Of a stretch of DNA of 43,594 nucleotides, positions 1 through 7,886 are shown piece by piece (position 1 is the first letter of the stretch; each line of letters starts with the position of its first letter). The notes beneath the pieces were generated by a model. The model ran no database searches and was not told the origin of the DNA. It saw nothing but the letters and a program-made list of their open reading frames with translations. Both the position numbers and the translations under genes were made by a program. Source of the stretch: a bacterium (GTDB lineage Bacteria > Patescibacteriota > Patescibacteriia > JAACEG01); the NCBI GenBank assembly GCA_030641665.1, contig DAOWHA010000002.1, positions 1-43,594 on the forward strand. Direction: 5' to 3'.

Positions 1-684
1 AAAAGATCGCAAACCGCATTCTTGCGCTTCGCCAGCCAGCTCTTGATCAAAATTTAATAACTGCTCATAATCCATTTTTTCCAAAATAGAGATTAATTTT
101 TTATCAAACACTTTGCCTTTGGCTGAATATTCAGCAGGCGCTTCTTTGGTTAAACAATGCGACAGATCGCCGGAAGCGATTAAAGCAATCCTTTTATTGC
201 TTCTTGTGATAACTTGCTTTAAATACTTGCCAAACTCAAAATGCTCCTGATATCCTAAAAACGAATATGCTATCGGAACAATTTTCACTTGCGGAATATT
301 TTTAGCTAAATAATAAAGCGGGACTAAAATTCCATGATCTAAAGACGGATCGCTAATCAAAGAAATCGGCAATTCAGGCGTTTCCGCCCTTATTTTAATC
401 TTATTTATAAAACTAATATCTGATTCAAATTCAAATTTAGCGTCTAAATCGCCAAAATTTTTAAAATCTCCATGATAACTACCGCTAACCTGTATGGTAA
501 AAAAATCGGCGTTAATTAGTCCGTGCGGAGAAATAATAATAATTGTATCGGGCTGAGCCGCGTAAAGCCTGCCTGCCAAAGACTCCATCGCCTCTTTTGT
601 CTTGGTAATCTGATTGATATTATCTTTGCCAATGCTCGGAATCAATATTGGCGGATGAGGCGTTATCGCCGCGAATACTAACAT
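1..684 (-). CDS. LigB/Memo-like protein (AmmeMemoRadiSam protein B-like, class III extradiol dioxygenase fold), 3' end outside window
   Basis: Manual translation (not in ORF track): MLVFAAITPHPPILIPSIGKDN...PDTIIIISPHG...DHGILVPLY...ECGLRSF; frame open to base 1. Confidence 0.8.
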   Translation of the reverse strand, partial: MLVFAAITPHPPILIPSIGKDNINQITKTKEAMESLAGRLYAAQPDTIIIISPHGLINADFFTIQVSGSYHGDFKNFGDLDAKFEFESDISFINKIKIRAETPELPISLISDPSLDHGILVPLYYLAKNIPQVKIVPIAYSFLGYQEHFEFGKYLKQVITRSNKRIALIASGDLSHCLTKEAPAEYSAKGKVFDKKLISILEKMDYEQLLNFDQELAGEAQECGLRSF

Positions 685-715
685 AAAATTTTGTTATTTA
701 CTTTTTAATGCTTTT

Positions 716-743
716 ATTATATCAAACAGCGAATTAGTGTCAA
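716..743 (-). promoter_or_regulatory. sigma70-type promoter for the LigB/Memo-like gene
   Basis: Minus strand TTGACA-16 nt-TATAAT about 30 nt upstream of ATG 684. Confidence 0.7.
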
Positions 744-750
744 CGCAAAA

Positions 751-3700
751 TTAATTTTCCTTGCCAATCCACGGATCAAATTCAACATTATCGCTTACAG
801 GGCAATAATCGTTGCCGTTTGGATTTAATTCTGGATGAAACGGACCGCTTTCATCGCCCCACCAATTATTAATCGCGTTAATAGTTGAAGACGCTGACTT
901 ATTTATAATGCCGCCATACATATCTTTAATGCTGCTAGAAAAATGATTATCAAAAATCCGAGAATTAGAAATTTTAAAATCTGGATTGCCTTTAATAACT
1001 TTTATTCCGATACGATGATTTTTAATAATAGAATTGGTTATATTGATAATAGAATTACCGTTTATAACTTTTATGCCTGAATAATTATTTTTAATCGTAG
1101 AATTATGAATATAAACCTCTGATTTATCGCCTTTAATCTCTATCCCTGTATTATTATTTGAAATAGTAGAATTATTTATATTCGCCTTTCCATTATTGGC
1201 AACTATGGCGCCGGGTGTTTGAAAAGTAATCATCATCGCAGCTATACAAACATCATGGGCGCAAGTGCCTTTATAATAACCTGTATAATTGATAATTGCA
1301 TAATCCATCCATAGGATCCCGCCTCCCGAAATAATAATCGCTCCCCAGTCTCCATATTTAGGATCTCCGTTTGAGCCTTCAATATTGCCTCCTTTTTCAT
1401 TGTCATTATAAGAAGTAAAAATAATATATTGCCCGGGCAAACCATTTGCTATTAATTCTCCTTTTATATTTAATCCTGCATTCTTGTCAAATTTTATAAC
1501 GACTCCAGGCTCAATAGTCAAAATTTCACCTTCCTTAACTGTTAAAAATGAATTCCTAATGCAATAAGGGCTGCTGCTTGAGGTTAAAATTTGGGTAAAA
1601 ATTTTTCCGTCTCCGTCTAACGGAATATTGCGGCAGGCAACAACGCTGTTTAAAGTTCTCTCGCTTATCTGATTTGACAATCCATATAATGTTTCGCTGT
1701 TAAAAACTTTTATCGCAAAACAATATTCAGTATCTTTTATTAAATTTTTAATTTCATATTCTATCTCTTGATTATGGTAAATTATTTCCAGATGCTTGCT
1801 TTCAGCGCTATCCCATTCAGCCAGCATATCGCATTCTCCGATTTTTTCCTTATAGCGCAAATCATAATAAGCGTCTTCTGTAAAATCTATGCCCGTCGGT
1901 TTTGTCCAGTATAATTTAATTGATTTAGAAGAAGTAAAAGCGAACTGCGCGGTTAAATCGCTGATTATGATATTATTATTTACAATTTTTGTTTCAACTT
2001 TATCGCTCCATTCACCGGTATTTCCCGCTTTATCTGCCGCGCGGACTTGAAAATAGACAGTATTCCAGTCATTAACGCTGAAATTAAAAATTGTACTTGT
2101 GCTGGTTGTCGCGATTATCCAATCCTGCCATTCGCCGCTATTAATTTTATATTGCAAATCAAAACTTTCTATTCCGCTAACGATTGTTGAACTCGCATTT
2201 GCATCATCGCCGCTCCAATTAACGGTAAATCCTGTTTTATTATAATCATTTTTTAAGTTATCTATGGTTGAACTCGGCGCTGTCGCGTCAACAATCCAAT
2301 AATGAATTATTGAACTGCTGACATTGCCTGCTTGATCAATTCCTTTAACTTCCAAACTGTGCGTATCTTCGGATAAACCGCTAATTGTGGAACTGGCAGA
2401 GCAGGCTTGCCAATCTTCGCTGTCTAATTTTCGTTGAAAAATAATATTGTCTTCGTTTGCCGCTATCTCAAAATACGCTTCCGTGGAACTTGAAAAATAT
2501 GGAGGGCTGCTGATTATGCTCACGGTCGGCGCGATAGTGTCTAAAATCGGAATAATCTCCCATTCATATTCGGGAGGACTGTCTTCAATGTTTCCTGCTA
2601 AATCCGCTGCTTTTACTCTGAAAATATTCAGCCCTAAATCCAAATTATCGTATTCAAGAGGAGAAAAACAGATCTGCCACTCTCCGCTGTTCAATTGGCA
2701 ATTAAAAACAGCCTCCTCAGAAGCTGAAAATTCGAATTCAGCAATATTAAAATTGCTTGGATTGTTCGGGTTTTTAGTTATTGTCGTAATTGGCGAGACA
2801 GAATCGCCGCCTCCTCCTCCGAAAAAGACAAAATTGCTCGGTTTAACTTGCGCCGCCTGTTCGTTCGGATTGCTCTCTTTATTGGCAAATTCAGCGTTTG
2901 GATCGCCGCCAATCTGAATTTTTTCATCTTTTTTGCCTGTTTTTTCAACAACTTTTTTATCACAGACTCCGGAAAACAGCCCGCGGCTGTTCTGTTCCGC
3001 TGAATTATAAGCGAGCTGTATGCTGTCTTTTCGCATTTCGTCAATCATAACAGGACAATTTTTCCAGCCCGGCTGGCAAAAAAAAGTTTCTGCTAATCCC
3101 TCAAGCGCTAATCGTTCATTTATAAACATATCTCCTGAATAAACATATCTTAACAGCCGCCCGTATCTATCCTTGTCTGCTCCGGAATCTTTAACGAGTT
3201 TTAATTCTCCTATTTCCAAAAGCTGGATATTCCTTATTCTCGCAACCCACGCCAAGCATTCATCGTCTTGCGGTCCGGGTTTTCCTAATTCTGGCGTATC
3301 AATGCCGATATACCGCACTTTTTCACCAGAGGTTAAAACGATGGTGTCTCCGTCTATCACATAATCAACTGTTGTTTTACTCTGATTTTCAACCTGTTTT
3401 TCCTCTTTTTTGATTAAAGCGCTCGGTTTTTTCGCGGCTTGAGCAATATTATCTTGCTTTTTCTCCTCTTTAACATATTTATTTTTATTATCAATCTGCT
3501 GCGGCTCAACTGAATTATCCGCGATAATAACTGGCTCCGGCTTGCTTTCGTCTTTTTCAGCCGCGGACAGCACTTTTCCGCCTGAATTTTCAGGTTTGCC
3601 CGGCTCTTTTGAAGTTTTTTCGCTCTTTAATGTTATTTTAGCGGCTCCCGCGATCGCTTTCTTTGTCGCGTCCGCTATAATTTCTCTTCCTGATTCAACA

Positions 3701-4152
3701 ACAAGCGCGCTGTAAATAAACGCTTCTTTTGCCGTGTTAAAAGCGTCTACCAATGTTTTAGATGCTATTTTTCTGCTAACGAAAAAAGTGTCGCCCCAAG
3801 TATATTTTACTCTGTCAAACTGATTTTTTGACAGCCCATTTTTAAACTTGCTCCAAACGCTTAATTTTTTCTGCGCGCTTTTCTCTTTGTCAATTTTTTC
3901 AAATTCTTTAATAAAATAATCTATCGCGCCAGCGCTATATCCAACTGCCTGCGGATAAAGCATATTCCAATAGTCAAGATTAAGTTTAAGATCGTCATTA
4001 TATTTAAAAATTGGCTTAATAGAACTATCATCAATAATACAAACTTTATAATTTGACCCATTAAGTTTTTTTACTAAATATTTTATTTTTAAATTATTAA
4101 ACTCTTCTTCTACTATTTGATAATTTTCTACATTTCTAATATCTATCCTCAA
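751..4152 (-). CDS. Large modular surface protein: thermonuclease (SNase) domain, Ig/FN3-like repeats, C-terminal right-handed beta-helix; probably 5'-truncated by IS30
   Basis: VIDGDT...VRYIGIDTPE...DRYGRLLRYV SNase motifs; DTIAPTV/DATAPSS Ig-like repeats; TIEPGVVIKF...I(S/K)NN beta-helix repeats; the TTG start lies inside the IS left end and there is no signal peptide. Confidence 0.75.
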   Translation of the reverse strand: MRIDIRNVENYQIVEEEFNNLKIKYLVKKLNGSNYKVCIIDDSSIKPIFKYNDDLKLNLDYWNMLYPQAVGYSAGAIDYFIKEFEKIDKEKSAQKKLSVWSKFKNGLSKNQFDRVKYTWGDTFFVSRKIASKTLVDAFNTAKEAFIYSALVVESGREIIADATKKAIAGAAKITLKSEKTSKEPGKPENSGGKVLSAAEKDESKPEPVIIADNSVEPQQIDNKNKYVKEEKKQDNIAQAAKKPSALIKKEEKQVENQSKTTVDYVIDGDTIVLTSGEKVRYIGIDTPELGKPGPQDDECLAWVARIRNIQLLEIGELKLVKDSGADKDRYGRLLRYVYSGDMFINERLALEGLAETFFCQPGWKNCPVMIDEMRKDSIQLAYNSAEQNSRGLFSGVCDKKVVEKTGKKDEKIQIGGDPNAEFANKESNPNEQAAQVKPSNFVFFGGGGGDSVSPITTITKNPNNPSNFNIAEFEFSASEEAVFNCQLNSGEWQICFSPLEYDNLDLGLNIFRVKAADLAGNIEDSPPEYEWEIIPILDTIAPTVSIISSPPYFSSSTEAYFEIAANEDNIIFQRKLDSEDWQACSASSTISGLSEDTHSLEVKGIDQAGNVSSSIIHYWIVDATAPSSTIDNLKNDYNKTGFTVNWSGDDANASSTIVSGIESFDLQYKINSGEWQDWIIATTSTSTIFNFSVNDWNTVYFQVRAADKAGNTGEWSDKVETKIVNNNIIISDLTAQFAFTSSKSIKLYWTKPTGIDFTEDAYYDLRYKEKIGECDMLAEWDSAESKHLEIIYHNQEIEYEIKNLIKDTEYCFAIKVFNSETLYGLSNQISERTLNSVVACRNIPLDGDGKIFTQILTSSSSPYCIRNSFLTVKEGEILTIEPGVVIKFDKNAGLNIKGELIANGLPGQYIIFTSYNDNEKGGNIEGSNGDPKYGDWGAIIISGGGILWMDYAIINYTGYYKGTCAHDVCIAAMMITFQTPGAIVANNGKANINNSTISNNNTGIEIKGDKSEVYIHNSTIKNNYSGIKVINGNSIINITNSIIKNHRIGIKVIKGNPDFKISNSRIFDNHFSSSIKDMYGGIINKSASSTINAINNWWGDESGPFHPELNPNGNDYCPVSDNVEFDPWIGKEN

Positions 4153-5232
4153 TTCAATTTAGAAGCGCAACTTTAAGTGCTATACTTAAAGTTATATGTC
4201 TAAAAAATACAAACACCTTAACCAAAAAGATCGCGACCGAATCTTTGAGTTGTTAAGGATGGGTAAAACCCAAAAAGATATTGGAAACATCATCGGTCGG
4301 CATAAATCAACTATTAGCCGCGAGTTAAACAGAAACAAGCATAAAAAACTTAAAACTTATCTTCCAGACAGCGCAGAAAAGAAAGCGGTTAAAAGAAAAA
4401 TTAAAGGTCGAAAGAGAAGTTATCTTGAAAAAGATTTTAAATTGCGAGAGTATGTCATTGAAAAACTTAAAGATGACTGGTCTCCTAAACAGATTGAAGG
4501 CAGGGTCAAAACAGAAATTGGAAAGTATATAAATTACGAAAGCATCTATCAATATATTTACAGTTTAGCAGGAAGAAAACAAAATTTAAAGCATTTTTTA
4601 AAAAAATCGCATAGAATCAGACGAAAAAAGAACAACAGGAAAATCAATAAAAGCAGAATTCTTAATCGCATTGATATTGATTTAAGGTCTAAAATAGTGG
4701 AAAAACGGAAGCAATTCGGGCATTGGGAGGGCGACAGCATGGCGTTTCAAGCTCATAAGCAACAATTAGCGACACAGACACAGAACGCAAAAGCAGGTTA
4801 ACGGTAATCCTGCGCCCGAAAGATAAAACGGCTAAATCCAAAAGTGAAATCATCAATAAATATTTCAAACGATTCCCGATTGAAGCGCGAAAAACAATGA
4901 CTTTTGACAACGGGCTGGAATTCGCGGATCATCAGGCGATAACAAAATCCATCGGAACTAAAATATTTTTCGCAAAACCTTATTCTTCGTGGCAAAGAGG
5001 AAGCAACGAGAACGGCAACGGATTGATCCGCTGGTATCTTCCGAGAAACACAGATTTAAACTCCTTAACAGATGAGCAACTTAATGCTATTATGGAATTA
5101 ATAAATAATCGTCCGAAAAAATGCCTCGGGTTTAAAACTCCTAATGAAATATTTTTAAATGAAATGAGCAAAATTTATAAATCAAAGCCTAATTTATTTA
5201 ACAGTTCGGTTGCACTTAGAAGTTGAATGTAG
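4148..5232 (+). mobile_element. IS30-family insertion sequence (~1085 bp)
   Basis: Imperfect 24-bp terminal inverted repeats: 4148-4171 CTCAATTCAATTTAGAAGCGCAAC versus reverse complement of 5209-5232 CTACATTCAACTTCTAAGTGCAAC (18/24 match), enclosing an IS30 transposase. Confidence 0.9.
4196..5226 (+). pseudogene. IS30 transposase split by a +2 frameshift near 4781
   Basis: HTH RHKSTISRELNRN; DDE motifs WEGDS / TFDNGLEF / WQRGSNENGNGLIR lie in two frames; removing CA at 4781-4782 restores LATQTERKSRLTVILRPKDKT. Confidence 0.85.
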
Positions 5233-5340
5233 CATTGGTGTCAATGAAAAAAACTCGCCCGCGGTTTGCGAGACGAGCCTTTAATTTTTGTGATTTTTAT
5301 CCGCCCAAGGCGGACTATGAAACTATCAAGAAATTTTGAA

Positions 5341-5586
5341 TTATTGATGATTATTTATGTCAAAAACTACTAAAATATCATTATCAAGATATGCTAATGC
5401 CCGAAATTGCCTATTTATTCTAAAATACCAAATTCCATCTTCTTTTGGTTTTCTTTTTTTGAAATCAGTTAAATAAAAACCGCCTGCTAAAAGAAAATTT
5501 TTAGCTTTTTTATACTGCCTTAATAAGTTTCTTTTTTCTAAATATAAAACGACTTCCTTCCTTTCAACTATTCTGATTATTTTCAT
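5341..5586 (-). CDS. RelE/ParE-superfamily-like toxin of a type II TA pair
   Basis: 81-aa basic protein with FKKRKP...WYFRINRQFRAL; 4-nt ATGA overlap with upstream small gene. Confidence 0.6.
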   Translation of the reverse strand: MKIIRIVERKEVVLYLEKRNLLRQYKKAKNFLLAGGFYLTDFKKRKPKEDGIWYFRINRQFRALAYLDNDILVVFDINNHQ

Positions 5587-5783
5587 ATATTCACAAAATG
5601 TGATTGATCTAATTTTTTAGTTTCGCTTATTTTTCTCTTCATTTTAAGTGTTGTTTCTTTGTCGTCTAATTCCATTAATTTCGTAAAATAAAAATGTTTT
5701 TCCAAGTAATCTTTAAAATCTAAAATATTTTCAAATTTAGATTTTTTAATTTTAATATTTTCTTTAAATGTAATTGTAGTCAT
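5583..5783 (-). CDS. Putative antitoxin (66 aa)
   Basis: Small gene translationally coupled upstream of the RelE-like gene. Confidence 0.55.
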   Translation of the reverse strand: MTTITFKENIKIKKSKFENILDFKDYLEKHFYFTKLMELDDKETTLKMKRKISETKKLDQSHFVNI

Positions 5784-5809
5784 ATTTTTTTAATTATTTC
5801 TTATATTGC

Positions 5810-5839
5810 CTATTATATCAAATCAGCAGTTGGTGTCAA
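5810..5839 (-). promoter_or_regulatory. sigma70 promoter of the TA operon
   Basis: Minus strand TTGACA-ccaactgctgatttga-TATAAT (16-nt spacer). Confidence 0.75.
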
Positions 5840-5961
5840 TGAAAACGAATCATGAATTAGGAATTAAGGAAACATTAAACAAAATTTAATTCTTGACTAA
5901 TTTCGCGGTCGCGCGCGTCGCTAAAAAATTAAAAATAGGAAAAAATATAAAAATAGGAAAA

Positions 5962-6139
5962 AGTTGACAAGATTGCGCGGTCGCATAATTTCGTCAACTA
6001 TTTTTATTCTTTTTATTTTATTTAATTTTTTGATTTTTAATCTTTTCTGATTTTTCTTTTTTTAATTTTTTTCTTTTTCTGGTTTAATATTAATTATTCA
6101 GAGTTGACGAGATTGTGCGGTCGCATAATTTCGTCAACT
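5962..6139. repeat. Two copies of a 38-bp imperfect palindrome (5962-5999, 6102-6139) flanking a T-rich tract
   Basis: AGTTGAC(A/G)AGATTG(C/T)GCG-GT-CGCATAATTTCGTCAACT twice, 36/38 identical. Confidence 0.85.
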
Positions 6140-6300
6140 CTTTATTTTTTATCTAAAAACAAAACCCCACCCCAACTTAAAAAACTGAGACGGGGAATTT
6201 TTTTGCGATTTTTATTTCTGCTAGATAGGCGTATCGCAATATGTCCCTACATTTATTTATTTAAATATTGCTCTATCTGTTCGCTTTTATATCCAGCTTT

Positions 6301-6846
6301 TTACATTTTCTCTAATTTCTTTAATATTTCAATGTCCTCTCCTCCTGTTTTTTGGAATTCAATATAATATTTCCAAGCGCTATCTTTGTCTTGCAGGATA
6401 ATATAATTTTTTGTTAAAAACAGATATGTATTTGAATATTGTCCTTTAAAATTTTTGATAATTTCTAAATAATGATTATTTGCTTCTTCGCAGTCTTTCT
6501 TATATTCGTAAATTTTTGCGAGGTTATTATGATAAAGATATAGAACTGTCCCCTGTTTTTCGTAAGGATAACTTTTGTAAATTTCTATTGATTTATCAGT
6601 ATTTCCTAAATACCTGTGAGCCCTTGCCAACTCAATATAATAATCAAAATTAGAGTTGTCTTCCTGAATTTTATCGCTCCATTTTTTAATATTATCTAAA
6701 TTTTTTATGACTTCTTCCTGATTTATTCCAGCTTTTTGCATATAATATTTTATTCTGCTTTTCTCAATAATATCAAAATAAAAAACCGCAGACAAAATAG
6801 CGACAACAATTAAAAATCCTAATAAAAATAATGCTTTCTTTTTCAT
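6301..6846 (-). CDS. Membrane-anchored TPR-like protein
   Basis: N-terminal hydrophobic helix; TPR-like helices (YIELARAHRYLGNTDKSIEIY, HNNLAKIYE). Confidence 0.65.
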   Translation of the reverse strand: MKKKALFLLGFLIVVAILSAVFYFDIIEKSRIKYYMQKAGINQEEVIKNLDNIKKWSDKIQEDNSNFDYYIELARAHRYLGNTDKSIEIYKSYPYEKQGTVLYLYHNNLAKIYEYKKDCEEANNHYLEIIKNFKGQYSNTYLFLTKNYIILQDKDSAWKYYIEFQKTGGEDIEILKKLEKM

Positions 6847-7033
6847 AATAAATTAAATTAATGTTTATAAACCTGTTCCAAATATAACAAATCTATTTAA
6901 AATTTTCAATACTAAAAACGGATAAAAAATTCTCAAACAAAAAACCCCGCTGCGGTTTTTACACCGCAACGGGGAATTTTTTACGATTTTGATCCACCCA
7001 AGGCGGAATAAAAGCTATCGCGAAACTTTGAGA

Positions 7034-7579
7034 TTATAAATATTTTATAAATTTTTCAATATCTTCTTTTATTAATAATCTTGTAATATTAGCATTCTTC
7101 ATTACGCCATAACTTGGTTGATGGGCAAATCCAATATATTCCACTTTTTTACCTAAACTCTTAACTTTCTTTATCGCTGGCACTAAATCTGTGTCAGATG
7201 ATATTAACACTGCTTCATCATAATAATTTTCATAAGCTCCTACAAGCAAATCAACTGCCATTTGAACATCTACGCCTTTTTCGTGATATTTGCCATTATT
7301 TTGCATTAAGTGACCTTTTTTAATAATAAAATTTCTTTTCAAATTATTAAATAACTTTCTTTGATTATTCCTAAGCGACATCCCTTTCTTATCTCTATTG
7401 TTCTTTGCCCTAATTATTCCGACATAATATCTTAATGACATTATTTTTCTATCTCTTGCTAAAAATTTACAAAAATTAAAATAATTAAAATTAATTGTAT
7501 TTTTTATATTAAGTTCCTTGTCTTTTAATTTAAAATATAAATTTCCGCCGTCAATATAAACTGCGACTTTTTTTATCAT
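7034..7579 (-). CDS. NYN-domain (LabA/DUF88, PIN-like) ribonuclease
   Basis: VYIDGGNLY, EKGVDVQMAVDL, LISSDTDLVP motifs; start moved to ATG 7579 because the longer ORF start lies inside a hairpin. Confidence 0.9.
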   Translation of the reverse strand: MIKKVAVYIDGGNLYFKLKDKELNIKNTINFNYFNFCKFLARDRKIMSLRYYVGIIRAKNNRDKKGMSLRNNQRKLFNNLKRNFIIKKGHLMQNNGKYHEKGVDVQMAVDLLVGAYENYYDEAVLISSDTDLVPAIKKVKSLGKKVEYIGFAHQPSYGVMKNANITRLLIKEDIEKFIKYL

Positions 7580-7589
7580 AACATTATTT

Positions 7590-7638
7590 AAAAAACCCAC
7601 CGGGGTTCCTCTGAAAAACAGAGGAACCAAGAGTGGGT
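7590..7638 (-). terminator. Terminator-like hairpin directly upstream of the NYN start
   Basis: Perfect 10-bp stem GGTTCCTCTG/CAGAGGAACC, outer ACCCAC/GTGGGT stem, then a U-run ending about 10 nt before the ATG. Confidence 0.7.
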
Positions 7639-7695
7639 GGTTTTAGCGAAAATAAGGAAGTTCATCCATATTATTTTCTTATTTCTAATATTATT

Positions 7696-7723
7696 ATATT
7701 AACATAAATAAAAAGTATGTCAA
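7696..7723 (-). promoter_or_regulatory. Promoter of the NYN leader
   Basis: TTGACA-tactttttatttatgt-TAATAT; nearly the same as the promoters at 23899 and 24086. Confidence 0.65.
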
Positions 7724-7886
7724 ATAAAAACCCCGCTCCGATGTTATATCGGAGCGAAAAATTTTGCCCAAGAGTTTACGAATAAAAAATTAATGCTGAT
7801 AAAAAAAGGCTCGCCCGCAATTTGCGGAACGAGCCTTTAATCTTTGCGATTTTGAAAGCTATCGCGAAACTTTGAAATTCAGATAA

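Noticed and set aside
2447-2917. 156-aa + strand ORF and other short ORFs antisense to known genes
   Set aside because: Shadow frames of well-supported CDSs
5962-6139. Mini CRISPR array
   Set aside because: Only two repeats, a 102-bp low-complexity spacer, and no cas genes in the window
7580-7630. N-terminal extension of NYN
   Set aside because: Lies in the hairpin; the domain starts at MIKKVAVYID
5247-7880. Integron attC sites
   Set aside because: No RYYYAAC/GTTRRRY cores after the stops and no integrase seen
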